DNA of 64,000 nucleotides from Macrostomum lignano (Eukaryota): NCBI GenBank assembly GCA_002269645.1, contig NIVC01000741.1, positions 124,001 to 188,000 of the forward strand, read 5' to 3'. Shown piece by piece: positions 48,692 to 57,763 of this stretch (position 1 is its first letter; each line of letters starts with the position of its first letter). The notes under the pieces were generated by a model. It saw only the letters and a program-made list of their open reading frames with translations, ran no database searches and was not told where the DNA came from. The position numbers and the translations under genes were made by a program.

Positions 48692-50087
48692 GGAGGGCTG
48701 TCCATCAAGTAGTGTTACTTATCACTATATATCTTGTTCTGCTGATCCAAATAACATCATTTTGCACAGATTTATAGCGGCAACTCTCCTCTTTATGTTA
48801 ACTTTAACATCATAAACGTCCTCAAGACTATTTCTGTATCTATACTGTAACCGTACGTAGATTGATTGCATTGTGTTAGGAGAAAAGAAGTTGAGCAGGA
48901 TTCTTGCAGCAGAGTCGGAAAGACAAAAACATTGATAAACAGGCAGAGTGAAGGTGCAGCAGTGGGAAAAGCAAAAAGTACAAGTGATAAAAAGGCATGG
49001 CTGTTGTGGCATAGCTGCTGTTGTTCAGACGTAAGGGCTATATGGCATGGCTGTTACGGAGTTGTGAATCGACGACGGCAACTGAGTCTGGTGACTGAGC
49101 GATGTTGTCTTGCTTATTTAATACATGCATTTTCTAAGTGTGGAATGTCTTATATTTCTGAGCATCGGCTTTGTACACCATTCTCTAAGTGTGGAATGTC
49201 TTATATTTCTGAGCAACGGCTTTGTACACCATTCTCTAAGTGTGGAATGTCTTATATTTCTGAGCATCGGCTTTGTACACCATTCTCTAAGTGTGGAATG
49301 TCTTATATTTCTGAGCAACGGCTTTGTACACCATTCTCTAAGTGTGGAATGTCTTATATTTCTGAGCATCGGCTTTGTACACCATTCTCTAAGTGTGGAA
49401 TGTCTTATATTTCTGAGCATCGGCTTTGTACACCATTCTCTAAGTGTGGAATGTCTTATATTTCTGAGCATCGGCTTTGTACACCATTCTCTAAGTGTGG
49501 AATGTCTTATATTTCTGAGCATCGGCTTTGTACACCATTCTCTAAGTGTGGAATGTCTTATATTTCTGAGCATCGGCTTTGTACACCATTCTCTAAGTGT
49601 GGAATGTCTTATATTTCTGAGCATCGGCTTTGTACACCATTCTAACCAGAACTTGTGTCATAGACTAAAAGCTTGGTGACCAAAAGCTTGGTGACCGGAG
49701 GGGGTGGGTGGATTCTAAAAATCGGCTTCAGATTTTCATCCTTATTGGCACTCTATACTAGGCGACCTCAATACTCTTTGGGTATATCAATGCTACTCCA
49801 ATTTTTCCATAGATATCTCTTTGCCACAGCAGCCTAACAGTCTCAGCGCATTCTATCAAAATTTTTGATAGAAACTTTCCGCTAGCTTGTCGAATTACTG
49901 TAAGTCTATGGTAGAGGTCCTGCTACATTTTAGTTTATAACTTTTGTTTCCATTGTCTGTTTTTAATTATGTTAAAGTTAGCATAAAGAAGAGATTTGCT
50001 GCTATAAACCTGTGCAAAATGATGTTATTTGGATCAGCAGAACAACAGATATAGTGAAAAGTAACACTAATTTTTGGACAGCCCTTG
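48692..50087. mobile_element. Non-autonomous Tc1/mariner-type TIR element
   Basis: 119-bp imperfect TIRs at 48692-48810 and 49969-50087 (..AGGGCTGTCCA..). TA on both sides (48690-48691 and 50088-50089). No transposase ORF. Confidence 0.8.
49131..49643. repeat. 51-bp tandem repeat (about 10 copies) inside the mariner-type element
   Basis: TTCTCTAAGTGTGGAATGTCTTATATTTCTGAGCATCGGCTTTGTACACCA; contiguous units with no spacers. Confidence 0.95.
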
Positions 50088-50139
50088 TAGTTAATGTCTA
50101 GTAGAAGGCATGAGGGGGCTTCTGGGACAAAATTTTTCA

Positions 50140-50440
50140 CGTCCTCCATAATCCACCTAAATCCATCCATATTATCCCTGACAGAATCAGAAAAAAAGGG
50201 GGGTCGCACTCGCTCACAAAACGTCCTCCATAATCCCATTAAATCCATCCATATTATCCCTGACAGAATCAGAGCATAACAGGTGTCCTACTTGTTCCGA
50301 AAACTTCGAACATAATCCTCCTAAATCCATCCATATTATCCCTGACAGAATCAGAAAAACTCGCTCACAAAACGTCATCCATAATCCTCCTAACCTATCC
50401 TCCTTCCTCCACGACAGAATCAGAGCATAGCAGGTGTCCT
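50140..50440 (+). repeat. Subterminal direct repeats of the Polinton (about 50 bp x4)
   Basis: CATAATCC..AAATCCATCCATATTATCCCTGACAGAATCAGA at about 50140, 50222 and 50311, with a degenerate copy at about 50371. Confidence 0.75.
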
Positions 50441-50691
50441 ACATAATCCACCAACATCCACCCATAACATCTTCGAAACAATCAGAAAATAATCTGAATT
50501 CTTCTCCCCACATTCAATCCGCAACGTGCTACCAGATCCCTAAAACTTTAAATCATCAGCGCAGGGTCCTTACCCTTTGAAAAAAATCTAAATTTTCTCT
50601 AAAAATTGTTGTCTCTCCAGGTTCTTATTACAAAGCGCACGAGCCTAATTACAAGAGTAAGTACCAATGCAAGAAGGAATGCAGCGAGTAC

Positions 50692-50838
50692 ATGAGAAAA
50701 TATTGGCCCGATGTTGATATCAATGCCCCTAATATTAATCTAGCTCTTCAAAGACACTGGTTTCATAAGTACGGAGTAACCTACGTAAAAGATTACGACA
50801 GCTACTATAACTTTGCAGAAATCATTAGGCAATTGTGA
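50692..50838 (+). CDS. Possible small Polinton ORF (48 aa)
   Basis: MRKYWPDVDINAPNINLALQRHWFHKYGVTYVKDYDSYYNFAEIIRQL; ends 4 bp from the minor capsid stop; the frame is also open upstream without an ATG. Confidence 0.3.
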   Translation: MRKYWPDVDINAPNINLALQRHWFHKYGVTYVKDYDSYYNFAEIIRQL

Positions 50839-50842
50839 TTTC

Positions 50843-51706
50843 TTACATTCTCTCAATGATCAACGTCAATACAAACTCTTCACCGTTGAAATCAACACCT
50901 ACCCCATCTTCAGTCTCAAACTGTAGCACAATCTCGTGAATCTCCTTATTACTCAATACAACTCTTTTCACTGGATTTGGTTTCTCTACCACCATCTGTC
51001 CTCCAGCTACAGAGTTGGAGATATTGTACAAAATATTCGTTCGCTTTCCCTTAAATACCCAATCAAGACTGAGATTGCTTCTGATTAGAATATTCAAACC
51101 CTTTACAATGTCTGCAATATTGGGTGCTAAGAACAAACCGCTTACATTTTCCCGGGCCATTTTAACGGTCCCCGATGCTTGAGTGGCGGTCCGCGCCGCG
51201 GATTCTGCCTTATAAACTTTCTTCTCGAATCCCAGTTCCCTATACCAAGTGTCATCTTTAAACTCAACCTCCGCATCTTTGTGAACTTGCATGACCACTC
51301 TCATTACAGTGAGATCATAGGTTAGTTTGACAGGGAACAGTTTCTTTTCTGGCTTACTCGCATCAGGTGTCTCAAAATGGCCTCTCTTAGTAAAGACATT
51401 TTCTAGAAAGTTATTGTAGGTATCCAAACTTTGCGTGCTCACATGGAATACCACAGGGTCTGCTGCTGCGCCTTTCCATTTGTAATAAAACTTATTATTT
51501 GCTGCCATCACATTGGGAACGTTTGACCAACCAGTGAAGTCGTTAAGATAGACATGGTAATTAGCGCCTGGATCCAGGCGAATCGCCTGCTCTAATTTTT
51601 CAACAAACATCCCGTTTGAGTCATTAATTCGCCCAGTTATTGTAATAGGAATGCTCTCCTTAGAGTGTGAAACAATGTTATTTAGTCTTTCGGCTATAGC
51701 TTCCAT
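50843..51706 (-). CDS. Polinton minor capsid protein (penton-like, 287 aa)
   Basis: Adjacent to the MCP. WSNVPNV..NNKFYY and the C-terminal IHEIVLQFETEDGVGVDFNGEEFVLTLII pattern are typical of Polinton mCP. Confidence 0.75.
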   Translation of the reverse strand: MEAIAERLNNIVSHSKESIPITITGRINDSNGMFVEKLEQAIRLDPGANYHVYLNDFTGWSNVPNVMAANNKFYYKWKGAAADPVVFHVSTQSLDTYNNFLENVFTKRGHFETPDASKPEKKLFPVKLTYDLTVMRVVMQVHKDAEVEFKDDTWYRELGFEKKVYKAESAARTATQASGTVKMARENVSGLFLAPNIADIVKGLNILIRSNLSLDWVFKGKRTNILYNISNSVAGGQMVVEKPNPVKRVVLSNKEIHEIVLQFETEDGVGVDFNGEEFVLTLIIERM

Positions 51707-51727
51707 TTTTTGTCCTAAAAAAAATAT

Positions 51728-53012
51728 TTAAACTTTACTGGATGAATTGTTGATCATGTTAAGCTTCACCTTCCTCTCAAATGCATAGACAATGTACAGG
51801 TCCACGGGTGTTGCGGCAGTCCTTTCAATGTTAGTCACGATATTCACAGGGCTGTTATCAGTAGGCATTTGTCTGGCAGACACATCAGCGCCAAACATCG
51901 GATATAGAGTTCCATATTGAAGAGCAGTGATAGCAATTCCATTGTTCTCTTTCACAGCCAAGTCGACTAACTCGCTGTAAAATTTGCTAATCTTGTTCTG
52001 ACTGAAATCTCCATTTTGTGGCAGTGCAGGGTAAAGATTATCACTGATTTCATGCTGAATGGACCGCACGTCTCCATGCATGTAGCGTATAATGCTATTT
52101 GGGTTTCTCATATTAATAATGATATACCTTGGATTGCTGCATGATCCCTCTTTAATGCAGATGTTTGTTCTAGTTTCGTTTCGCTCATCTCGACACATGT
52201 AGGCCGTGTATGCAACATCAATGTCCTTCTCTATTGCCTTGAGATAATCCGCTTTTAGTGCAGTCTTTGGCTCAATGACTTCCAAATACAGCTCGATTCC
52301 GGTTAGCTTCACCTCCATCCTTGTGTGGTCCGCCCCAGTCCACAACACTCTACTGCGATCATCTCTAGTCATCTTAAAGGTGTAGCTAAAGTTACTAGTC
52401 AGTCGATTAAATGTATTACAGAATCCACTCGAATCTCAATGGTACAAATACATCAACAGACCGATACAGCGGGTTCTTAGCAGCATCATCAGCACCTTGC
52501 AATGCATAGTTGTATCTCTTCTTCCTCTTTTTATAGCCACTGTCATTGATATCTCCTTCTTTTTCATCTGCAATAAAACCCGCACCACTTCCCAATTGAA
52601 TAAAATCAGGATTCTCGATCAAACAATGAGCGTCATAGACAATTCCAAAGTTGGCGATTCGCTCCAACTCAGTGCTCCCATTCGATACACTAAACTCCTT
52701 GAACATGTACGCCCAAAAGTTACTGATCAGAGCCACATCCGCATCATGCTTGTCAACGTTAGCACGAGCCGCATCCGCACCACCCTTTGTCTTGAATTGA
52801 AATGTCATATGGAATCCGCTCTTAAGACTGTGCACACTAACCAAAGACGAACATCCATTGTATGTAAATGTCAGTGTTTGACCAGGACCAAGATTAGTTT
52901 CATTCTGATTTTCCTGACTGGGAACTCTTACCTGAGTCGCTTTGATTGTGCTATCATCACTCAAAATAGGCTTGTTAATTTTGTAGAAAACTGGTGTCAG
53001 TGGGTCGTTCAT
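51728..53012 (-). pseudogene. Polinton major capsid protein (double jelly-roll), split by one frameshift near 52430
   Basis: ORF 52416-53012 ends VFVPLRF; the +1 frame continues SGFCNTFNRLTSNFSYTFKMTRDD into ORF 51728-52372 (KLTGIELYLEVIEP, NPRYIII, YPMFGADVS). The joined protein is about 428 aa. Confidence 0.75.
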
Positions 53013-53042
53013 TTTTTAACTAAAAATAAAATAAAATAAGAA

Positions 53043-54242
53043 ATGAAGCGAAAAAGTACACAGCAGATATCTGAATTGGAGAAGCTAGCACAAGCAGAGA
53101 AACGAGTTACCGGGCTAATAAATAAGGAGCAACAATCCTACAATGAGTTTGTCCAAGCAGCCACAGAGTTTCATAAACCCGGGTATGGAGAAGCTAAGAA
53201 AAATATTGATCAGGTCAAAGAAACTATCGACGACATACAGGAAACCCAGGTGCAAAAGGCTTTGGGCAAAATTCCAGAAGCACCACAGATACAGCCGCAA
53301 CCACAACAACCACAACCACATCAATCACAACTAAAAGTGACAGATAAAATTTTTGGACCAGTAGAGCGTGTCGAACATGATGGGAAATATGTATTTGGAA
53401 TAAGTATGTGGAGAAAAAACATTTATAATGAACCAGTGGAATATTATATCGACATAAATAAGGAAAATATTTCTGTTGTCAAAGGCTCAGAAACTAAGAG
53501 CATTCCTTTCACAGAAACCTTACTGACTTTTATGACCAAGAACCAAGAGAGAATCTCGGACAAACAGCTAAAGAACTATAGAGATCTAGTGACTTTTGCT
53601 CTTGCTAGAGATATAGAAATACTAAAGGCCCCAGAAGTCCTGAGACTTATGTATGATAACGGTGTCAACCTGACTAGATTCAAAAAGTACAAGCACTTTA
53701 AACAATGGTTCGATTTGCCAGATCAGGAAGAGGTCATAAGACAACAACCACAACAACAACAGCAACAACAGCAACCGCCACAACAGCAGCAACATTTCAC
53801 AGAAGAACAAGTACTCAGGCAACTGGAAAATGCAGATCCGACTCAAGTAGCTAAATATAAAAATGATCACCCAACAGACTGGCAACACTTAGAACAACAC
53901 TCTCCAGATCGAATGAACAGAATCAAGCAAAGAGTTTTCACACCTCAACAAAGACAGGCGCCACATGACAGTTCCATCTCTGAAAGTGAGCAGTCTTTTG
54001 CATCACCTCCCCAGCAGCCACAAGCCCAACCAACTCCACAACCTCAAGACCAACCGCCCTCAACTGGAAAAGGAATTTCTGAAATCTACAAGCGAGTAGC
54101 GGTTCTTCTAGGAGCAGCAAAGACCGGAATGAAAGACGAGAATAGAAAAGAATTTGTCAACATCCTCAATAAAATGCTTGAGAGAAAATACATCGATAAG
54201 AGGGCGAGAGAGCTTCTGCTTTCGCGGTTCAACAAAAAATAA
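53043..54242 (+). CDS. Polinton Q/P-rich hypothetical protein (399 aa)
   Basis: Intact ORF with polyQ tracts. The C-terminal KRVAVLLGAAKTG...EFVNILNKMLERKYI resembles a helical motif recalled from Polinton ORFs. Confidence 0.65.
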   Translation: MKRKSTQQISELEKLAQAEKRVTGLINKEQQSYNEFVQAATEFHKPGYGEAKKNIDQVKETIDDIQETQVQKALGKIPEAPQIQPQPQQPQPHQSQLKVTDKIFGPVERVEHDGKYVFGISMWRKNIYNEPVEYYIDINKENISVVKGSETKSIPFTETLLTFMTKNQERISDKQLKNYRDLVTFALARDIEILKAPEVLRLMYDNGVNLTRFKKYKHFKQWFDLPDQEEVIRQQPQQQQQQQQPPQQQQHFTEEQVLRQLENADPTQVAKYKNDHPTDWQHLEQHSPDRMNRIKQRVFTPQQRQAPHDSSISESEQSFASPPQQPQAQPTPQPQDQPPSTGKGISEIYKRVAVLLGAAKTGMKDENRKEFVNILNKMLERKYIDKRARELLLSRFNKK

Positions 54243-54258
54243 TTTATTTCAAGTAAAA

Positions 54259-54648
54259 ATGCCAATTATTTTTGAGAAAGACATTGACAAATACTATGAC
54301 AAAGAGGAACTTAATCTTATTAAACGCGGATCTGGACTTTTCCCTGCAGGCCACTATCCAAGAAAAGAACGCTCTGGGAATGGCCTTGCCGATTTGATCG
54401 CTCAAGGGGCCAAGATTTTTAAGGTCATTGGAGAGAACAAAGAGAACATCAAGAACGTTGCCGAAGCGGCTGGCAGTGTAGCCACAGCAGCCAAAAAGAT
54501 AAAGGATACTGTAACACCTAAACAAGAGATTCAGCCTCCACTGGCCCCGCTGGCTCCATTGGCCCCAAATCCAGACAGTGTGGACCCTGCAGTCTATGAG
54601 AAGATGAGGGCTAGCATTAAAAAAGGAAGTGGTTTCAAATTTGACTAA
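54259..54648 (+). CDS. Small Polinton protein with GxG motifs (candidate protease-processed core protein, 129 aa)
   Basis: ATG in AAAAATG context at 54259; motifs KRGSGL, RSGNGL and KKGSGF. Confidence 0.55.
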   Translation: MPIIFEKDIDKYYDKEELNLIKRGSGLFPAGHYPRKERSGNGLADLIAQGAKIFKVIGENKENIKNVAEAAGSVATAAKKIKDTVTPKQEIQPPLAPLAPLAPNPDSVDPAVYEKMRASIKKGSGFKFD

Positions 54649-54674
54649 AGGGTACTTTCCGAGGGTACAAGACT

Positions 54675-54738
54675 AGTCCCGAAATGACACATCTAAGTCC
54701 CAAAATGACACATCTAAGTCCCGAAATGACACATCTAA
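54675..54738 (+). repeat. 21-bp triple repeat AGTCCCGAAATGACACATCTA upstream of the ATPase
   Basis: Direct reading; intergenic. Confidence 0.85.
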
Positions 54739-54778
54739 ATTATTTATTATTTAAATTTTTTTTTTCATCATAGAAAAA

Positions 54779-55579
54779 ATGGACTTTTCAAACGACTTCA
54801 ATCCTCACTGGACGCGTAATCAGATTAAGTTTTCTCATCACGAGTCAATTCCGAGTCACTTCAGATGCATTGTTGTTGGTTCATCAGGTTCAGGTAAAAC
54901 ATTCAGAGTCTTTAACATGCTTCTTAGACCTGGCTTTATCGACTATGACACTCTGCACATCTACTCTCCCACACTGTATCAAGATGAGTATAAAATGTTG
55001 ATTTCTGGATTGCAAAACAAACTGCACAAAGAGGACATTATTGCATGTTTTAATAACCAAATGAGCCTTCCCAGTAACCCTGAAATTGTAGCTGCTGAAT
55101 ATGCAAAGCACCTCAAAGACAATGAAAAATGGCAGAACATTAAAGTGTTCACCTATGGAGATCCACAGGCTGATCCAAAGACCAAACTTCTACCCCAACC
55201 AGATGAGCTAGAAAAGGGGAGAAAGCATTTGATCGTCTTTGATGATTGTATGACAGGCCCACAGAAGCAGATAGAAAACTATTTTACAAGAGGGCGACAT
55301 AACAATTGTAATGTAATTTACATTGCACAGAATTGGTTCGAGCTCCCGAACAAAACAATTCGTGGGAACTGCAATCTGATTCTCCTGTTTCCAACCATTC
55401 CACAGGACAGGTTAAAAAGATTTTACAATGAGGTCATTGCGCCTGCCTATTTCATAAATCCAACAAAAAACTCAAGCAGAAAGATTTCACAAGAGGAATT
55501 CGTTAATCTTTGCTATGACAAGTGGAATCAGCCTTACCAGTTTGTGATTATCAGCAAAGAAAAAAGAACTGTAATTTAA
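54779..55579 (+). CDS. A32/FtsK-HerA-like genome packaging ATPase (266 aa)
   Basis: Walker A GSSGSGKT, Walker B LIVFDD, and TRGRHNNCNVIYIAQ arginine-finger/sensor motifs. Confidence 0.93.
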   Translation: MDFSNDFNPHWTRNQIKFSHHESIPSHFRCIVVGSSGSGKTFRVFNMLLRPGFIDYDTLHIYSPTLYQDEYKMLISGLQNKLHKEDIIACFNNQMSLPSNPEIVAAEYAKHLKDNEKWQNIKVFTYGDPQADPKTKLLPQPDELEKGRKHLIVFDDCMTGPQKQIENYFTRGRHNNCNVIYIAQNWFELPNKTIRGNCNLILLFPTIPQDRLKRFYNEVIAPAYFINPTKNSSRKISQEEFVNLCYDKWNQPYQFVIISKEKRTVI

Positions 55580-55595
55580 AATTTGCTATTAAAAG

Positions 55596-56339
55596 ATGTC
55601 GATAAACTTTGCAGGTGAATCCATTTCTAGCAACAGCGCTCTTACATCAGCTCAAATATCCATCCTTGACAGGCGATATATCAACAGCGACGAAGAGATC
55701 CCAGAGATCAAACTGAATAAAAACAGACTGAAACAATTAGAGCGCTCCATGCACCAGCTACAGATAAACATAGAAGATCTCCGCATAAAAGTAGCCAGGC
55801 AGAAGTTTGAAAGTGATAAGCTTTATGCGCAGTTTGATCACAGCACTAATGAACTTAGGTCAGAAATAACTTCGGCAGTCTCGCAAATCAACAGCTTAAG
55901 AACAAATTTAGCATCGACAATTAATCTTCTGAGAAACTCCATTGATAGGCAGATGCGCATTCTTGAAGAAGGAGTTTTCAGAAACACAGTTAAAGTGAGG
56001 AATTTAGAAGAGTTCATGAACCAGTCAACAGCATTGCATGATAGAATTAGAGAAAACGTAGCAACCAACACAGGTAAAGTGAGAAATTTAGAAGAGTTCA
56101 TGACTCAGTCAACAGCGTTGCATGATCAAATCAAAGTAAGAATTACTGCAAATAAAGTCTTTGTAGATTTAGTTTTTACCGAATGGCAGAAATCGGTGAG
56201 AAGAATCGGTCGTCTTGAACGCTTGCATAATCTCAAAAACATTGACGCTGAAGAGGCACCACAGACCACAAGGGAAACAAGTGATCCAACCGACTTGTTT
56301 GAGATCATGCGTAGAATGGAGCTCACAGATAATGAATAG
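55596..56339 (+). CDS. Polinton coiled-coil protein with an internal 28-aa duplication (247 aa)
   Basis: Heptad-rich; NT.KVRNLEEFM.QSTALHD occurs twice, 84 bp apart. Function not assignable. Confidence 0.65.
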   Translation: MSINFAGESISSNSALTSAQISILDRRYINSDEEIPEIKLNKNRLKQLERSMHQLQINIEDLRIKVARQKFESDKLYAQFDHSTNELRSEITSAVSQINSLRTNLASTINLLRNSIDRQMRILEEGVFRNTVKVRNLEEFMNQSTALHDRIRENVATNTGKVRNLEEFMTQSTALHDQIKVRITANKVFVDLVFTEWQKSVRRIGRLERLHNLKNIDAEEAPQTTRETSDPTDLFEIMRRMELTDNE

Positions 56340-56447
56340 GCAGATTCAGAGACCTGTTGCCGTCACTGCAGACGAAGCAATCAACCGTAAAACAAATCTA
56401 ACCACCACCAACTAGTTGCCGATTTTTTTTAAAAAATTCCCTAAAAA

Positions 56448-57083
56448 ATGGATGCTCAAAATTCTCTTTATGATCCGAACGCTCCCACAACACCTAGTGC
56501 ACCCCAATATGAGCAACAAAAACTCTACCCCGTCATTACTTGTAACTCTCAACAGTTTCGACTGGTGGAGATTCAAAAAATGCGAGATGATCTTGAAAAA
56601 AATATTTTTCACAACACAAAGAAAATTAAGCGCTATGACAACCACTGTAAATTTTTCGACTACGGCAATATGATTCTAGGATCTGTGTCTGTTCTAACTG
56701 GGTCTGCTGCAGCTGTCTCAGTGTTGCCAGCCATCACAGCCCCAATCGCAATTCCACTTGGTTCAGTAGGTGCTGCATGTGGACTTATTTCAGCAATTAC
56801 TGGAGCAGTAGCGCGAAACAGGCGAAAAAAACTAAAGCAGCTACAGGAGAAGCAAGTAAAAGAGAAAGGAGTGCACACTTCAATCATAGGGTACATTTCA
56901 AGGGCAATCGAGGATAAGTTCATTTCAGAGGATGAGTTCAAAACCATTCAGGATCTTTATGAACAATCAATTCGAATGAACTTGAACATGGTCGGTACTG
57001 ATGACATGAGTCAGCTGAAAAATGAACTCGAGAAAGTTTTTCAACATTATGTGGAAAGAAAGTCGGCGAGGAATGCACAATGA
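56448..57083 (+). CDS. GasderminX-like membrane-active protein of adintovirus type (211 aa)
   Basis: QQFRLVEI...KRY, then a hydrophobic hairpin ILGSVSVLTGSAAAVSVLPAITAPIAIPLGSVGAACGLISAITG, a basic patch, and ISRAIED..ISEDEF. This matches the recalled pattern of the adintovirus gasderminX family. Confidence 0.7.
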   Translation: MDAQNSLYDPNAPTTPSAPQYEQQKLYPVITCNSQQFRLVEIQKMRDDLEKNIFHNTKKIKRYDNHCKFFDYGNMILGSVSVLTGSAAAVSVLPAITAPIAIPLGSVGAACGLISAITGAVARNRRKKLKQLQEKQVKEKGVHTSIIGYISRAIEDKFISEDEFKTIQDLYEQSIRMNLNMVGTDDMSQLKNELEKVFQHYVERKSARNAQ

Positions 57084-57087
57084 ACCC

Positions 57088-57489
57088 CTATGAAACACAG
57101 CCAAGAATAATTTCCTTGTAGGTCTTTCGTGTTTTGGTCATTGCGTACAAAACAGTCATGCACAGCTCACCGCAAATATCACTGCTAAGACCTTGGAGAA
57201 TAAAGTCTGAGTGGTAAATTTTTTTATTATTTTTCCCCTTCATATAAATTCTTAGCTCTTCTGGTACTGCCGTCCCATAGCTATCGAAGTAATAACACTT
57301 GTGCTTGCGATCGGGATCAATCACCCAGCAAACCCAATGAGATCCTGGCTTATCGGTGGTGTCAAAGTTCATGATGCCACATTCTTTTCTTAGAGGAAAA
57401 TCAGGCAGAGTGTCCCTCATAAATATTCCTCTAAAGTTTGGGATTTCCAGTTCGTTAGCCAAATCTTCAAGAAAGTTATTTGTCGTCAT
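57088..57489 (-). CDS. Adenain-like cysteine protease (133 aa)
   Basis: FRGIFMRDTLP, GSHWVC (His), YFDSYG (Asp) and LQ....ICGELC (Gln/Cys). Confidence 0.92.
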   Translation of the reverse strand: MTTNNFLEDLANELEIPNFRGIFMRDTLPDFPLRKECGIMNFDTTDKPGSHWVCWVIDPDRKHKCYYFDSYGTAVPEELRIYMKGKNNKKIYHSDFILQGLSSDICGELCMTVLYAMTKTRKTYKEIILGCVS

Positions 57490-57527
57490 TTTTATGAGTT
57501 TTATTAAACTTTCTCTTAAACCTAAAC

Positions 57528-57750
57528 TGTGATGACTTGATATTGAGAGTTTGCATTTGCGGTTTTGGGGTTGGCCTGCGCTGGGGGGTTGGGGGCACGC
57601 TCAAGTTGCCTTTTAATTTATCGATTGTAATGTACGCACGTACTTTGTGCATGCCTAATATTAAAATATATATATCGACTGATTCTGGCTTTTGAGCCCT
57701 CGTGTTTTTGTTATCGTCCGCCAAAAATTGCAATAGTTGACTCTGTTAAA
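57528..57750 (+). repeat. Gypsy 5' LTR
   Basis: TGTGATGAC...CTCTGTTAAA; identical to the 3' LTR by visual comparison. Confidence 0.95.
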
Positions 57751-57763
57751 GTGGCGACGAGGA

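Noticed and set aside
49131-49643. Tandem arrays (51, 37, 22, 21 and 20 bp) as possible CRISPR arrays
   Set aside because: Units are contiguous without unique spacers, there are no cas genes, and the context is eukaryotic.
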